Assembly (NCBI GenBank): GCA_002269645.1
Contig: NIVC01005106.1
Coordinates: 1-26,214 of the forward strand
DNA from: Macrostomum lignano
Lineage: Eukaryota
DNA length: 26,214 nucleotides
Reading direction: 5' to 3'
The notes under the pieces were generated by a model, which ran no database searches, was not told the DNA's origin, and saw only the letters and a list, made by a program, of their open reading frames with translations. Of this stretch, positions 1-10,699 are shown piece after piece. Numbering within the stretch: the stretch's first letter is position 1; each line of letters starts with the position of its first letter. Made by a program: the position numbers and the translations under genes.

Positions 1-1630
1 TATCTCAGAAAGTTGAATAATGAATATCCCAATGATCTTACTGACGTTCCAACATGCTGATGCTGTAGTGTTGATTGTGGAGCATAACAGTTTAATTCAT
101 AATACCTGCGTCCTTCATTCGAACGCGGAAAAAGATTTCACGACCTATCTCTGAAGAGTTTAGAGTTGGTTGGTGGCTTCGATCCATCTCTGAAGAGATA
201 GAATGCAATACGGACCGGCTCATTATTGTATTTTAAAAGTAATTGGCTATAATTAACTCCTGTTTAGCTTAATGCACATAGTTTGTGTCTGTCCATAGTC
301 AATAGTTCTGTCATTGTAAGGCGCTAGGGACAGGCATTGCTTTTTGCCAGGGAGCAAGAGTCTCAGTTCCCAGTCATTGAAATATTTTAGCGCCAATTTG
401 ATTAAAAAAAAGTCAGCTATACTCGGCAACATTGAATTGAAAACTGCCACTTTAAATGGCAGGATTGGGCAGATCGATAGACATCAGCCAACTTAAACTT
501 TAAATTGACGCAAGTTTATCCAACTCCTGCTCAGGTGCGCTGGCGGTTTTCAGTTTTGTCGAGTATCAAGCGTATTCTTAATTTTGGCATGAATCGTAAT
601 TTATTCGTATTGTTGCTAGCTAGACATAATAGAGATATTTAAGGAATAATTATTAGAGCATAAAACCACGTTAGTCGGCTTATTCAATAGGAATATAGTG
701 AACAGCAATGAGCAATAATGACTATTCTATAAGAAGTAAATGCGATATAAAGTAACTTTGATAAGAAATCGCCCTGTATACTAGCAGCTATTTAATAATA
801 CCATGTCCATACCCTATAGCTATTGAGGGCGGGCCAGGGCGGCATCTCCAGATTTTGAGCTTTGACTGCATCGCTAAACTACGCTGATAAACTGATACTA
901 TGTAATAATAGGAGTGGGGTGGGTCAGTGTTTTTAGTGTTATCCGTACCCGAAGCTTTTTCACGCGCAGTGTACATTTAGAAAGGGATTGGGTGACGGAT
1001 CGATTGATAATTTCAAGTAGAGCCAAATAAACTGAACCCACACACGCACAAGCTATCTCTACCCCACCCCCCCCCGCCAATCGATAATTCAGGCGTAGAC
1101 AGACCTTAGTTGTACTTGTAAATACACGATATACGAATAAACGGTGTCTCATTGGCCAACGAGTTTAATCCAGATTCCAGACAGAAAAACACCCCATTTC
1201 GAGGAGGGAGGGGCCGGGTTCGGTTTATTATTGGTCATGGTCAGTTGTCCATGTTAGGTCTAGCCCCCAATTTCTTACAGCCTGCTTTACGCCCTAGGCA
1301 TTTGTGAAGCGAGAACAAAATCGTTTCTTAAAAGCTTAGCTTCTACTCTTAATAAGGACATAGCGCTTCCAAAATACCATATCCAATTCAGTACCCTTAA
1401 ACTATCACTATGCAGTATCAGCATCGGGTGAGTCCCCTTGGGTTGGATTTATTCAATATTGCAGACATTTAGGTTAGGACGAGGTCAAGAGACGCGATCT
1501 GACTTCATATGAATTAAAAATGTTATAGGTCTATTGAGTTATGTATAGTATAGTAGGCCTAATTGTTATAGTTTGTCCATAACTGTTATTTGTATATCGT
1601 TAGTGACTTTGTAAAGGTATTGTTGAAGAG

Positions 1631-1778
1631 AGACGCGTAGCTAGGATTTACGTCAGGGGGGACAGAAACATAAATCCATCTCCGATGGAAGTGATGGAAG
1701 CAAAATACAAAGGCAGTAAAAGTTTTTCCCCTTCAGGGAGGACATGTCCCCAGTGTCCCCCCCTTGGTTACGCCCCTG
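1631..1778. mobile_element. Possible degenerate MITE (GC-rich imperfect terminal inverted repeats)
   Basis: Left end gcgtagctagg..tcagggggg imperfectly matches the reverse complement of the right end cccccccttggttacgcccctgg; no clean TSD seen. Confidence 0.3.
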
Positions 1779-2499
1779 GCTAAAGACTTAGTTTTGTAGC
1801 ATATACAAGCATGGAAAGTAAGTCAGCGATGTACGATTAATTTATTACTGCTTTAAACAAAGCATCTCTTAATTTATGGATTTATGTCGTGTAATTAGTG
1901 TTCGGTCGTGATCACGATTTCAAATTTGTAAAATCTGCATCAGTATTTTTTTCTTGTCATTTTTATTGACGAGTCCATACTTTATTAATTTAAAAGAGAT
2001 TTTCGCAAGTCGAAAGTTTCGACTCGAAACATTGGTGACATGACTAATTGTAAATTCAATGAAAAGCTCCTGAATTTGCAATATTGACTTTCCTAGTGCT
2101 TTGCACAGAACAGAAGAATACAAAGAAATGGATTCTGGGGATTCATGACTTAAAGCTAAGAATCGTGCAGATGTCATTCCCGCACTCTTGACCATGCAGG
2201 AATAAGACTTGTGGAATGTGGACTCAATCAAAAATAGCAGCCAATCAATTAATTCAGAATCAGAAGACGGAAGAGTTAAATGGAAGAATTGTTTCTTTTA
2301 ATGAGCATCGCGGAAATTTAGGAGTTAAACCCGAATTTATCTACTGCGGTTAGTAGCGCACAAAGATTTTTCAGTAGTAGTGATCCAAATAGGCAATCCC
2401 AAATTTAGTAATTTACTAGCAATCAGCGCTTCCCATTGAGGAGCCAAAAAATGCAGTACAAGTTTTTTTTAATAACATCATGTAGCGTCTATGTAGCGC

Positions 2500-2529
2500 T
2501 TACCCATAGACATGTAGGTCTATGGGTAA
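2500..2529. repeat. Perfect 12-bp inverted repeat (hairpin)
   Basis: TTACCCATAGAC-atgtag-GTCTATGGGTAA. Confidence 0.85.
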
Positions 2530-2880
2530 AATAACTCTTAAAACAGCCAATTGAAGCATGATAAAAAATTGTGGAATAATGACAGCGACAAAGGTGTGGA
2601 ATAATGACTGCGCGCTGAGTGAAAGTATAAGTACAATGCACTTGTATAGTATACAACTTCGTTGAATACTATACAATCTACCATTACCGAATAATATGCA
2701 ATATACAAGCGTAGTAACACTAGTGTGTAAAACTATAGTACAGAGGATACTAAATTAAATAAGTTACGATGAATATGCTTTCATGTCTTATTTTCTTAAA
2801 GTTCATGACAACTTTACTTATTATTTTTGCAAAAAAACTCTGGTGGCTGTTGATATTAACCGCGTGTTGTCCCCACTTAC

Positions 2881-3274
2881 GTTAAAAGAGCTGCCAACCG
2901 CGCCTTCCGACAACGGAGTGGCCAAATTAAAACATTGAAACTCATTAAAACTGTCTCGCTCTGTTAGCACTCGTGTGCCACTCTTTTAAAGTCTTAACCT
3001 CGGTGTCGTCCAAGTTGAGCCGAACGTCAGAGACAGTAACATCCAAGTACGACAGCGCTGGCGTACTCCTGTACTTTTGCTCGTCATATTGACAAAATGT
3101 CGCCAATATCTAATTGACAGCTTAATTCGGAGGACGTACTCCAAAACTTACAGGAGACAGAACCACAGGACTGGTCAACCAAAGTCACCGTTACGTTTAG
3201 TCACTTCCCAGCCTTCGTAATGACTTCTTCAGGCCACTGCAGTTCGTCGATTTATTCCAATAAAATCGACCATT
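2881..3274 (-). pseudogene. Decayed RPA70 DBD-B-like exon (exon 2 of paralog A)
   Basis: Acceptor ttttattAG|a atg gtc gat has the same phase as ctatcAG|a atc gtc gat at 19683. Manual translation MVDFIGI/IDELQWPEEVITKAGK*LNVTVTLVDQSCGSVSCKFWSTSS..IGDILSI*RAKVQEYASAVVLGC/SDVRLNLDDTEVKTLKEW aligns with IVDVLGVIDARQPSEEVRTRAGKK..VTLVDRTFGSVSCTFWGSSS..IGDVLSIRRAKVQEYSGSVTLGC..SDVKCNSDDGEARVLADW at 19684-19981. It has stops and frameshifts. A candidate GTAAGT donor begins at 2880. Confidence 0.85.
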
Positions 3275-3330
3275 CTAATAAAAGGCAAACGAAGAGCAGG
3301 CAATTTTAAAAGGTTTTTTAAAGTTGAAGA

Positions 3331-3340
3331 CGTAAGATTA
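3331..3340. repeat. Target-site duplication of the LINE (left copy)
   Basis: CGTAAGATTA at 3331-3340 is identical to 9241-9250 and directly abuts the (CTTA)3 tail. Confidence 0.9.
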
Positions 3341-3432
3341 CTTACTTACTTAGCTGCAGGGCTGTCCCGGAGGGGACACAGCGGGAAGGCGCGGGCGCCC
3401 ATTCCGCTAGTCCCTGAACGGCCGACGCGTCG

Positions 3433-6400
3433 CTATGGACGGAGGGTTGGCGCCGCCCAGGGAGGTCCCCCAGTGTCGCCAACAGCTATGGTGCTCTCTG
3501 GAAAGGAGAGTTCAGCCCTGCGGGTGGCCCGAAGGTAGCGCATGAGCTGATTAAAGTTTTCGGGTTTGCACGCTTCAGTAATAGATGTGTGTGGCCCGAG
3601 GTAAGTGAGTCTGGCCCGCGTGAAGGCGGGACAGATGCTGACGAAATGCTCAGCGGTTTCGTCACCTGAGTTGCAGAAACTACAGGTGGCGTTGGTGGCG
3701 TTGCCCTGCAGGTACTGGTGCCTGGAGAAGCAGCCGTGACCAGAGAGGGTCATGGTGGCAGCCCGGATGTCTCTGCGCGAGAGGCGCAAGAGGAGCTTCC
3801 GGAGCTGGTGAGAGGGCTGAGGGACAGCGCCTCTGGATTTCCTGCAGTTCGTGCGGTTCGCCCAAGTCGAGCGGTGCTGAGTCCTGATCCACGCTTTGAT
3901 GCGCGAGTCGATGACACAGCCAGGAATCGGGACAAGAGGTTCGGGCCGAGAGAGGAGCCGGAGGCACCAACTTTTGCAAGGGTGTCAGCCAACTCATTTC
4001 CTCGGATCCCCACATGCCCCGGAACCCACTTAAGGGTAATTTTGTTGGCGGAACCCAACACATTGAGGAGTTTAATACAGTCAAGGACTGTAGCAGAGTT
4101 GGTGCTGCAGCCACTGATGGCGTGCAAGGCAGCTTGGCTGTCCGAATGGAAAATGATGTTCTTACCAGTAACGCCAGTGGCGAGAAGCTCTGCAGTGCAG
4201 GAGCTGATGGCCAGAACTTCATTTTGGAAAACACTGGAGTTGACCCCAGTGTATTGAGCGTGGGTAGCGATGACCCTCCCGTTCAGAAAGATTCCAACAC
4301 CAAAGCCGGTGTTGGCTGACTGCTTAGAACCGTCGGTGTAGCAATGAAGCTCACCAGGGTTCCAATGGTCATTGATGTTATCGCGCGAGTCGATAGCTAC
4401 GGAGTAGCGCTGTCTCAGGTTGAGCGTTGAGGCAATGCCATCGGTGAAGACGCGATTGGCCTGACACTCATTGAGAAAGTTGAGGCACAGATCGCTATGC
4501 GGGACAAGGTTCCGCTTAGCAGGTGCTCTCATGTAAATGAATTTGACGCCGGCATCAATTAGACGCCGCGTCGTTCTAGCCGCCTCACCCCTGATGAAGA
4601 GGTCAAGAGGCGGAAGATTAAGGAAGGCCCCCATGCCAGCAAAGGGCGTGGACCTGGTGGCGTTGCAGATGAGCCTACACGCTCTGCCTTGGATCGTGTT
4701 GAGCAGGTCTGCATGGCTTTTGACCTGGGTAGCGCTAACCCAGACAACAGAGGCGTACGTAATGGCAGGTCTAACTACGGAAGTATAGATCCACCAAAGC
4801 CGCTTTGGGATAGACCCCAAGAAGTGCCAAGTGCTCGTCGGAGCTGGGCCAGGATGGCTGAGGCACGCTTGGCTTTTGCTTTCACGTGGGAGGACCAGTT
4901 GAGCCGGTGGTCAAGTATGACCCCGAGACATCTGGTCTGGTGCGCGAAGGCAATATCTCTGCCGTAGAGCTGCAGAGGACGTATGTTCCAGCGTAGTCTG
5001 CTGGTAAACATAATGGCAACGGTTTTGGGCTCAGAGAGTTCCAGACCATTGTCATTGGCCCAGGATTCTGCTTTGTGGATAAAGCTCTGCCTCAGATCCC
5101 TGAGCGTGCTGGGAGACGGTCCTGCCACAATGGCCGTGACGTCATCAGCATACCCGACTTTGAAGACGGGTCGGGTCGGGAGTCACTCAAAAGAGCGTCC
5201 ATGACCAGGTTCCAGAGCATCGGGGTGAGGACTCCGCCTTGGGGTCCACCCTTACAGACTCTGGTGGAGGCAGTTTGCCCAAGAAGTTGGGCAGTGACCG
5301 TACGGTTGGAGATCATGTACATGATCCACCGTATGAGGGTAGCATGAGCTTTGCGATTTTGAAGGGCTCTCTGAAACGCTTCAAAGATAACGTTGTCGAA
5401 GGCGCCAACAATGTCAAGAAAGAGAACCAGAGCGTAACCGTCACCCAGTACCGCCCTTTCAATCTTCTCGACAATCGCATGCAGGGCGCTGTCAGTCGAC
5501 CTCCCGGTACGGAAGGCGTGCTGATTATTGCTGAGGGGCATCGCTGTCAGCTCGCAGGACAGCAGCCGCCAGAGAATAAGCCTCTCAGTGAGCTTAAGCA
5601 TTGCTGACGTTAAGCTAATAGGCCGGAAGGCTTTGACGCTTTGGTAGTCACCCTTCCCAGGTTTGGGAATAAAGACTACCCGAGCTTCAGTCCAGCATTT
5701 GGGAACGTATCCCAGCTGGATAGAGGCCCACATAAGATTGCGGGTGAGTCTCAGGAACGAGGGTATCTTGGCTGCTTCACGAAGGAGAACAGGGTAGATA
5801 CCATCAGGTCCAGGAGATTTGAAGGGTTTGAAGGTTCTGACCGCACGAGCGATTAGGTCTTCAGTGACAATGCCCGCCGCTAGGGTGGCTCCATCCATCG
5901 AATGGTTGGGCTCCGGTCTAGCAGTAGGTACCCTCGGGAAGAATGTGCTAAGCATATGCTGAAGCACTTCTTCAGGGTCTTTAGTAAGAGAGCCATCATC
6001 TTTTTTGATCATGGCTAATTTGGACATTTTGTCCATTGTAAGGGCCTTGACAAGCCTAGAAGTAGGTCTGTCTTGATCCAATTCATTGCAGAATTGGCGC
6101 CACTTACATTCCTTGACCTTGCGCACTTCAGATTTGAAATTGCGGGAGGCTTGCCGGAAAAGCTCCATGTCCTCCGGGTTTCCGGTCTTCATGGCATGGC
6201 GATGAAGGCTTTTGGCCTTCCGCCTGAGTTTCCCCAGCTCCGGGTTCCACCACGGCGCCGAGGTCTTGCCTTTGTAGGCGCGAGCAGGACAAGCCGCTTC
6301 GTAGGCTTCAATAATGCAACCTGTCAGCGTCTCAGCCATATGATCCACATCCTCGCAGGTCTCAATCGGACGTAAGTCCGTGAGTTCCTGCAGGTGCAGA

Positions 6401-7168
6401 TCAAGGGCAGCCTTGTAGGCCGCCCAATCAGTGTTGCGGATATTGCGTCTCCAAGTGATCGGAGACTGGGTTTTAGTGTCCGCGATGTTAAAGGCGATAA
6501 AGCAGTGGTCAGACAGGGAGGGCTCCTCAGACCAGACTCTCCACTCCTCAACTCTGTCAAAGAGTCTTGGGGTAACGAGTGTGGCGTCGAGGACCTCGGT
6601 CCATCTGCCATTATTAAAGGTAGGAGTGCTGCCGCGGTTGCAGAGCATGAGGTTTGTGTTAGAGATGAGGGCCAGAAGCTTCTCTCCTCTAGTGTTGGTA
6701 TCTTTGCTGCCCCAGTGCTTGTGGTGCGCGTTGAGGTCGCCCCCTAAGCACAGCTCAGCGTTCTGGGACTCGCAGTACTGCGCGAGGCGCAGTAAACTCT
6801 CAGGAGCAGGGTCTCTGTCGCCTGGGATATAAACCGAGGCAACAAGACACGTACGCGGAGAGAAATGATTAGATTGGATGACACAAAGGTCTCCATCAGA
6901 GAGATCAGTCCTCAGCCAAGCCTGGAGATGGCTAGCAGCGAGGATAGCCGCTCTAGGGCGGCTGTTCCCCGGGCCACACACAAAAATCAGAGTAGCCAGA
7001 GGGAATGTTGGGCAACTTACCGTTGCGCATCCAGGGTTCCTGGATCAGGATGAGGCCTGGCCTGTACAGCTCAGCAATCTTCATCAGATTTACTGACGCA
7101 GATACGCAATGCTGTAAATTAATTTGCAGACAGAATGTCGCTCCTTTGGCAGCGTGGAGCTTAGTCAT
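3433..7168 (-). CDS. LINE ORF2 polyprotein (APE endonuclease, reverse transcriptase, RNase H, C-terminal CCHC finger), interrupted by 4 frameshifts
   Basis: APE: QINLQH, LIQEPW, GGDLNAHH..WGS, SDH. RT: KSPGPDGI, FRPISLTS, FLDIVGAFDNV, GPQGGVLTPMLWNL, YADD (about 5140-5151, in the frame of ORF 4775-5128), LGVILD. RNase H: YTDGSK, NEVLAI, SDSQAAL, WVPGHVGIRGNELAD. Finger: CSFCNSGDETAEHFVSIC. Frameshifts lie near 6975, 5170, 4815 and 3942. Confidence 0.93.
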
Positions 7169-7207
7169 ACTGTATTAAATGCAATTTCTGGCTAGAGCCC
7201 AGGGCCA

Positions 7208-8723
7208 TCAAGGAGACTTGGACAACAGATCGTCCTCGTCCCAGGCCGCTGGGGCTTGACTGGGAGATGGGAGTTGGTCGACGTCCATGGCCTCCTCACC
7301 CCCACCGCCCCCCCCCCCAGCAGAGTCCTCAGGCTCCGATGACAGGATGGAGGAAGCTTCCTCACCTGCATCTTTACCTTCAGACCCCACCAGGGTGGCC
7401 GAGGAGAGCTCGGATTCCGAAGACCCGGCCTCGTCCTCAACTCCTTCTCCCTTCTCCGACTGGCAGGTTTGGTTCCCGGGGCTTGGCCGGAGCCGTTACC
7501 GCGGTCGCCGAACTGCTGCTAGCAGAGGGGCGAGATGCAGCTTTGGCTTTGGGATCGGCTTGCGCCTTTCCTTGGGCCTTAGACTGCGCCCCGCTCTTGC
7601 CGGAGATGCCGGGGTTGGCAGTAGCCTTCCCTTTGGCAGACTTTCCTCGGCGCATCTTGAGCTTGAGGGCACCCAGCTGGAAAGAGGATCCATTAGGGTA
7701 CCGACTCGCCCAAGTGCTGGAAAGGCCGAGGACAATTGAGTTGCCCGTCTCCCCCCTGCGGACTTTGCGGTGATACACCAGTCCACTAGCAGGGAGGTCG
7801 GGGTTCAGACGCAGTAGGACCCGGCGAATAACGTCTGGTCCAGCTGCGGTGCTCTTAGCAGGGACGAAAACCACATAGGGTATCGTCTTTGGACGCTGGC
7901 CCTCGCGAAGAAAAAGAGCTCCGCCAAGGTCAGCATCTAAGGAGACCGTCGGTAGCCGCTGGAGCAGCTGCCGAGCGTCCTCCTCGCTGCTAGGAGCAAT
8001 AAGAACGAATGTGCTTCGCAGCACCATCCGCTCAATGCCGATGGAGATTCCCTCCTCGACAGTCAGCTCAATCAGATAGGAGTCAACAGCTCTCCACACT
8101 TTTTGAAGCTGATCAGTGGTCCAGTCCTGGTCGCGACCTTGGATGATCACTCCCGGGATTTTGGCCTTGGCCTTCGCCGCAAAGGTAGCTCCCGAAGGAA
8201 CCTCCTTGTTGGCAGTGGCCATTTGTTGCGCCGTGGTTTCGGCCTCAGCAGCCGCAGCAGCATCTCCAGGGAGCGCCGCCGCTGAACTACCGGAGCTTCC
8301 ACCGGCCGGCCCGTCTGGTTGCCTTGGGACGCCAGTCGCTTCAGCATCCATGGTGGACGCCGCCGCTTTGGCCCCCGCAGCTCCCTTCTTGGCCTGCCTT
8401 TTGGCGCGTTGTTTAGCGCGTTTGCGCTCAAGCCGAGCCCGCTGAGCTTCATCGGATCTGCCAGATTTGGCCGGTCCTTTAGGCTCAGAGCTCGCGGTTC
8501 CCTTAGATCCACCAGCGGAGCTGGCAGGTCTTTGGGTATTATGAGTTTGGTAGCTCTGGTCGGATCTGCCAGCAGAGCCAGCCGGTCCTTCCTTTGCCAC
8601 AGTTGAATCAGTCGGTTGGGATCTGCCAGCAGGGCCGGCCGGTCCTTCGGACTGAGGTTGGGGTTTAGAAGGGTCCCCGTCCCTAGAATTAGTTTGGTTA
8701 TCCATAGGCGGCTCGAAGGCCAT
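7208..8723 (-). CDS. LINE ORF1 (gag-like, cysteine-free, resembles DUF4780-type ORF1), one frameshift near 7450
   Basis: First ATG at 8723 (the track start 8780 is GTG). It has a basic/low-complexity N-terminus and a core PKTIPYVVFVP..VLLRLNPDLP. Removing one G near 7450 (gaagggagaa) joins it to the acidic tail GEGEGVEDEAGSSES..WDEDDLLSKSP*, ending at 7208, 40 bp before the ORF2 ATG. DUF4780 resemblance is from memory and unverified. Confidence 0.8.
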
Positions 8724-9240
8724 GATAAAAGGTTGGTGGGCTACCCTCAAAGGGGCGCGGTACCCACCCGGCCGCTCCACCTGACCGGGCAGTAGGCCAA
8801 TAGCACCCTCAAGGCTGGCCCGACACCAGGAGGGGACCGCTTGCGACCGGACTACTCCCCGGCCTTCCAGCCCATCGGCACGGTCAACACCTTAGGCATT
8901 AGAGAGTACGTTGAGCAGTACCACGGCCTGCAGGTTGGCGAGCCAGACCCGCATACCCAAATTCGGCCGAAGCCACTGGATAGGGTCGCCAGCGCCGGAG
9001 CCCAGTCTGTCCAGCAGCCCTAGGGACTGCCTTGAACACACGCGGGGACGAGTACCCTGGGTCGACTTGCGAGACAGCGTGGGGGGTCTGCGGCTGCCAG
9101 AGGCAAATAGAGGGTGCAGACCTCCCACCAGCCTTGACCTGCTGAAGATAGGGGCAGGCGTGAAGCATCGCAGACCTTAGCCCATGGGCCTAGTCTGTCT
9201 CATACTTCACTGGCATGCTGAATACGCCTTCGCGTGCTCG

Positions 9241-9250
9241 CGTAAGATTA
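9241..9250. repeat. Target-site duplication of the LINE (right copy)
   Basis: CGTAAGATTA, identical to 3331-3340. Confidence 0.9.
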
Positions 9251-9380
9251 GTAGATAGAAGTTGGTTCGTTGATATGGAGGTATAAGGTTAGTAGATAGA
9301 GGTGGGATAGTGGATGAAGAAGTAGAGTAGCAGATAGATCCAATGCAACCCACCCTTGCAGTCGCATGTTTTCAGGTTAC

Positions 9381-9785
9381 TTATAATTGCATGTAGTTGC
9401 ACGCACATTCTTTAACAATTGAAATGTCATTGATTTGACATATTGATATCTTGTAGTCGACAGAGTCATCTCCAATTGATAATTCGTGTTGTTGAATCTT
9501 GGATCGGCGTCTTATAATTATTCTGCTGGCTATGCGAACAGCATCGGAAGTACTGTAAATTTCCCAGACAGACCGCATGTCTTTGCCAAAAACGCTGAGT
9601 CGTCATCTCTGCCCAGTCGTCTACCCAGACGAATGCAAAAACTTGGCCTGGACCACTGCTTATCGTGTAGGACTTGACATCCTTCAACTCGGTTACAAGA
9701 CCAGTAACCACTGCAATTATATGGCCCAGTGTCAGGGAGCAATTGTATTCTTCGCCTTCTTGTAGGTGTTGATTGCAGACTACAT
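9381..9785 (-). pseudogene. Decayed RPA70 DBD-A-like exon (exon 1 of paralog A)
   Basis: VTGLVTELKDVKSYTISSGPGQVFAFVWVDDWAEM/VFGKDMRSVWEIYSTSDAVRI..LEMTLS/SVDYKISICQINDISIVKE aligns with VTGLVTNLKDVHTYNNNKGQGQVFSFILVDDSSEMRVSVFGKDLQAVWEVCNDAEAVRI..LEMTVSVDSKGFI at 18992-19428. It has several frameshifts, and a GT donor begins at 9380. Confidence 0.85.
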
Positions 9786-9984
9786 TGAGATCAGTTGCAA
9801 ATTTTCAAAGAAGCGACAACAAAATACGTCTTAGAAAGCTTACGTGTAAGTCGAAATATCTGGTTAAGAATACAAGCCCACAGGAATCAATCCATCCGAC
9901 TAAATGCAGGCACCCCTCCCGATCCCTCTGAAATTTCATCGCTTCCCGCCTGCATCGGCATCGGGTTTGTAGGGTCTGGAAATC

Positions 9985-10320
9985 GCAAACTAAATGGCTA
10001 AGAGGACAGAACAAACTTCTTGTGTTCCTTTGTGTTCATGCTTATTAGGACTTTACTTTTTACACTAATATTTTATATCCGCATAAAATGTTCCTACATA
10101 TTAGATCCATACGTAGCGGAATGGGCGCCCGCGCCTTCCCGCTGTGTCCCCTCCGGGACAGCCCTGCAGCTAAGTCAAGTAGATCCATACGAGTGTTGAC
10201 AGGGGATTACCGGAGTCAGTTGCTCTGCAGCAAAGATGATGATCAATGATCGTCAAGCGGAATGTCGTTGGGTGATCACGGCGCGAAAAAGCACTTCGTT
10301 TATGTGCTAAGTTGCACAAA
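9985..10320 (+). pseudogene. Fragment homologous to the last intron and last exon of the RPA70-like gene
   Basis: aatcgcaaa..ttcatgctta(t/a)taggacttt..tatatcc..AG|at, then gagtgt.gac.gg.gat.accggagtcagtt..gaatgtcgtt.g.tgatcac.gcg..agcacttcgt, matches about 20258-20510. It is interrupted by the 66-bp LINE fragment. Confidence 0.8.
10114..10179 (+). mobile_element. 66-bp 5'-truncated copy of the same LINE (3' terminus only)
   Basis: tagcggaatggg..ccctgcagctaag is the exact reverse complement of 3349-3409 and is followed by a variant tail, tcaag. It is flanked by the 12-bp TSD TAGATCCATACG (10102-10113 and 10180-10191). Confidence 0.95.
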
Positions 10321-10699
10321 ATTTGTAAATTTCAAAAAGATTAAATCTATGGCCGTGCAAATGCAGCAGTAGCTATATCAATTTGTTTTTAGCTCTTAGC
10401 TTTTAGCTGTATATTTCCTTGAAAGTGCATTGGAAAATATTTTTAAAAAGAGTTCGTATAAATGCCTATATACAAAAAGTGTATATTTACTAGACATTGC
10501 AGTAAAACATATAAGGTGACATGGAGGACTATTTGTTATGGGTGAATAGTGAATACCGAACAGACAAACGAAAAAAGTTAACACAGCAGATGTGGGCTTT
10601 AAAAAAGTGAATTTTAAACAGATATGATCATTGCACAGATGTGAAAAATAAAAAGATGCGAAAAAAGATTCAACAGATTTTAAAAGTAAGAATGTGAAC

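Larger units (their letters stand above)
3341..9240 (-). mobile_element. Apparently full-length non-LTR retrotransposon, I-group / LOA-like
   Basis: Two ORFs (gag-like ORF1; APE-RT-RNase H-CCHC ORF2), 3' tail (TAAG)3 on the minus strand, 10-bp TSD, and GC content well above the flanks. LOA-like assignment comes from domain order and ORF1 type and needs an RT phylogeny. Confidence 0.95.

Noticed and set aside
1-1600. Short ORFs and possible coding remnants in the left flank
   Set aside because: No recognisable motifs or consistent exon structure could be supported by eye.
3718-8606. Numerous plus-strand and alternative-frame ORFs inside the LINE
   Set aside because: They are shadows of GC-rich coding sequence with no recognisable motifs.
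3349-10174. Terminal inverted repeats of a 6.8-kb DNA transposon
   Set aside because: The ~60-bp inverted match is explained by two independent LINE 3' ends, each with its own TSD.
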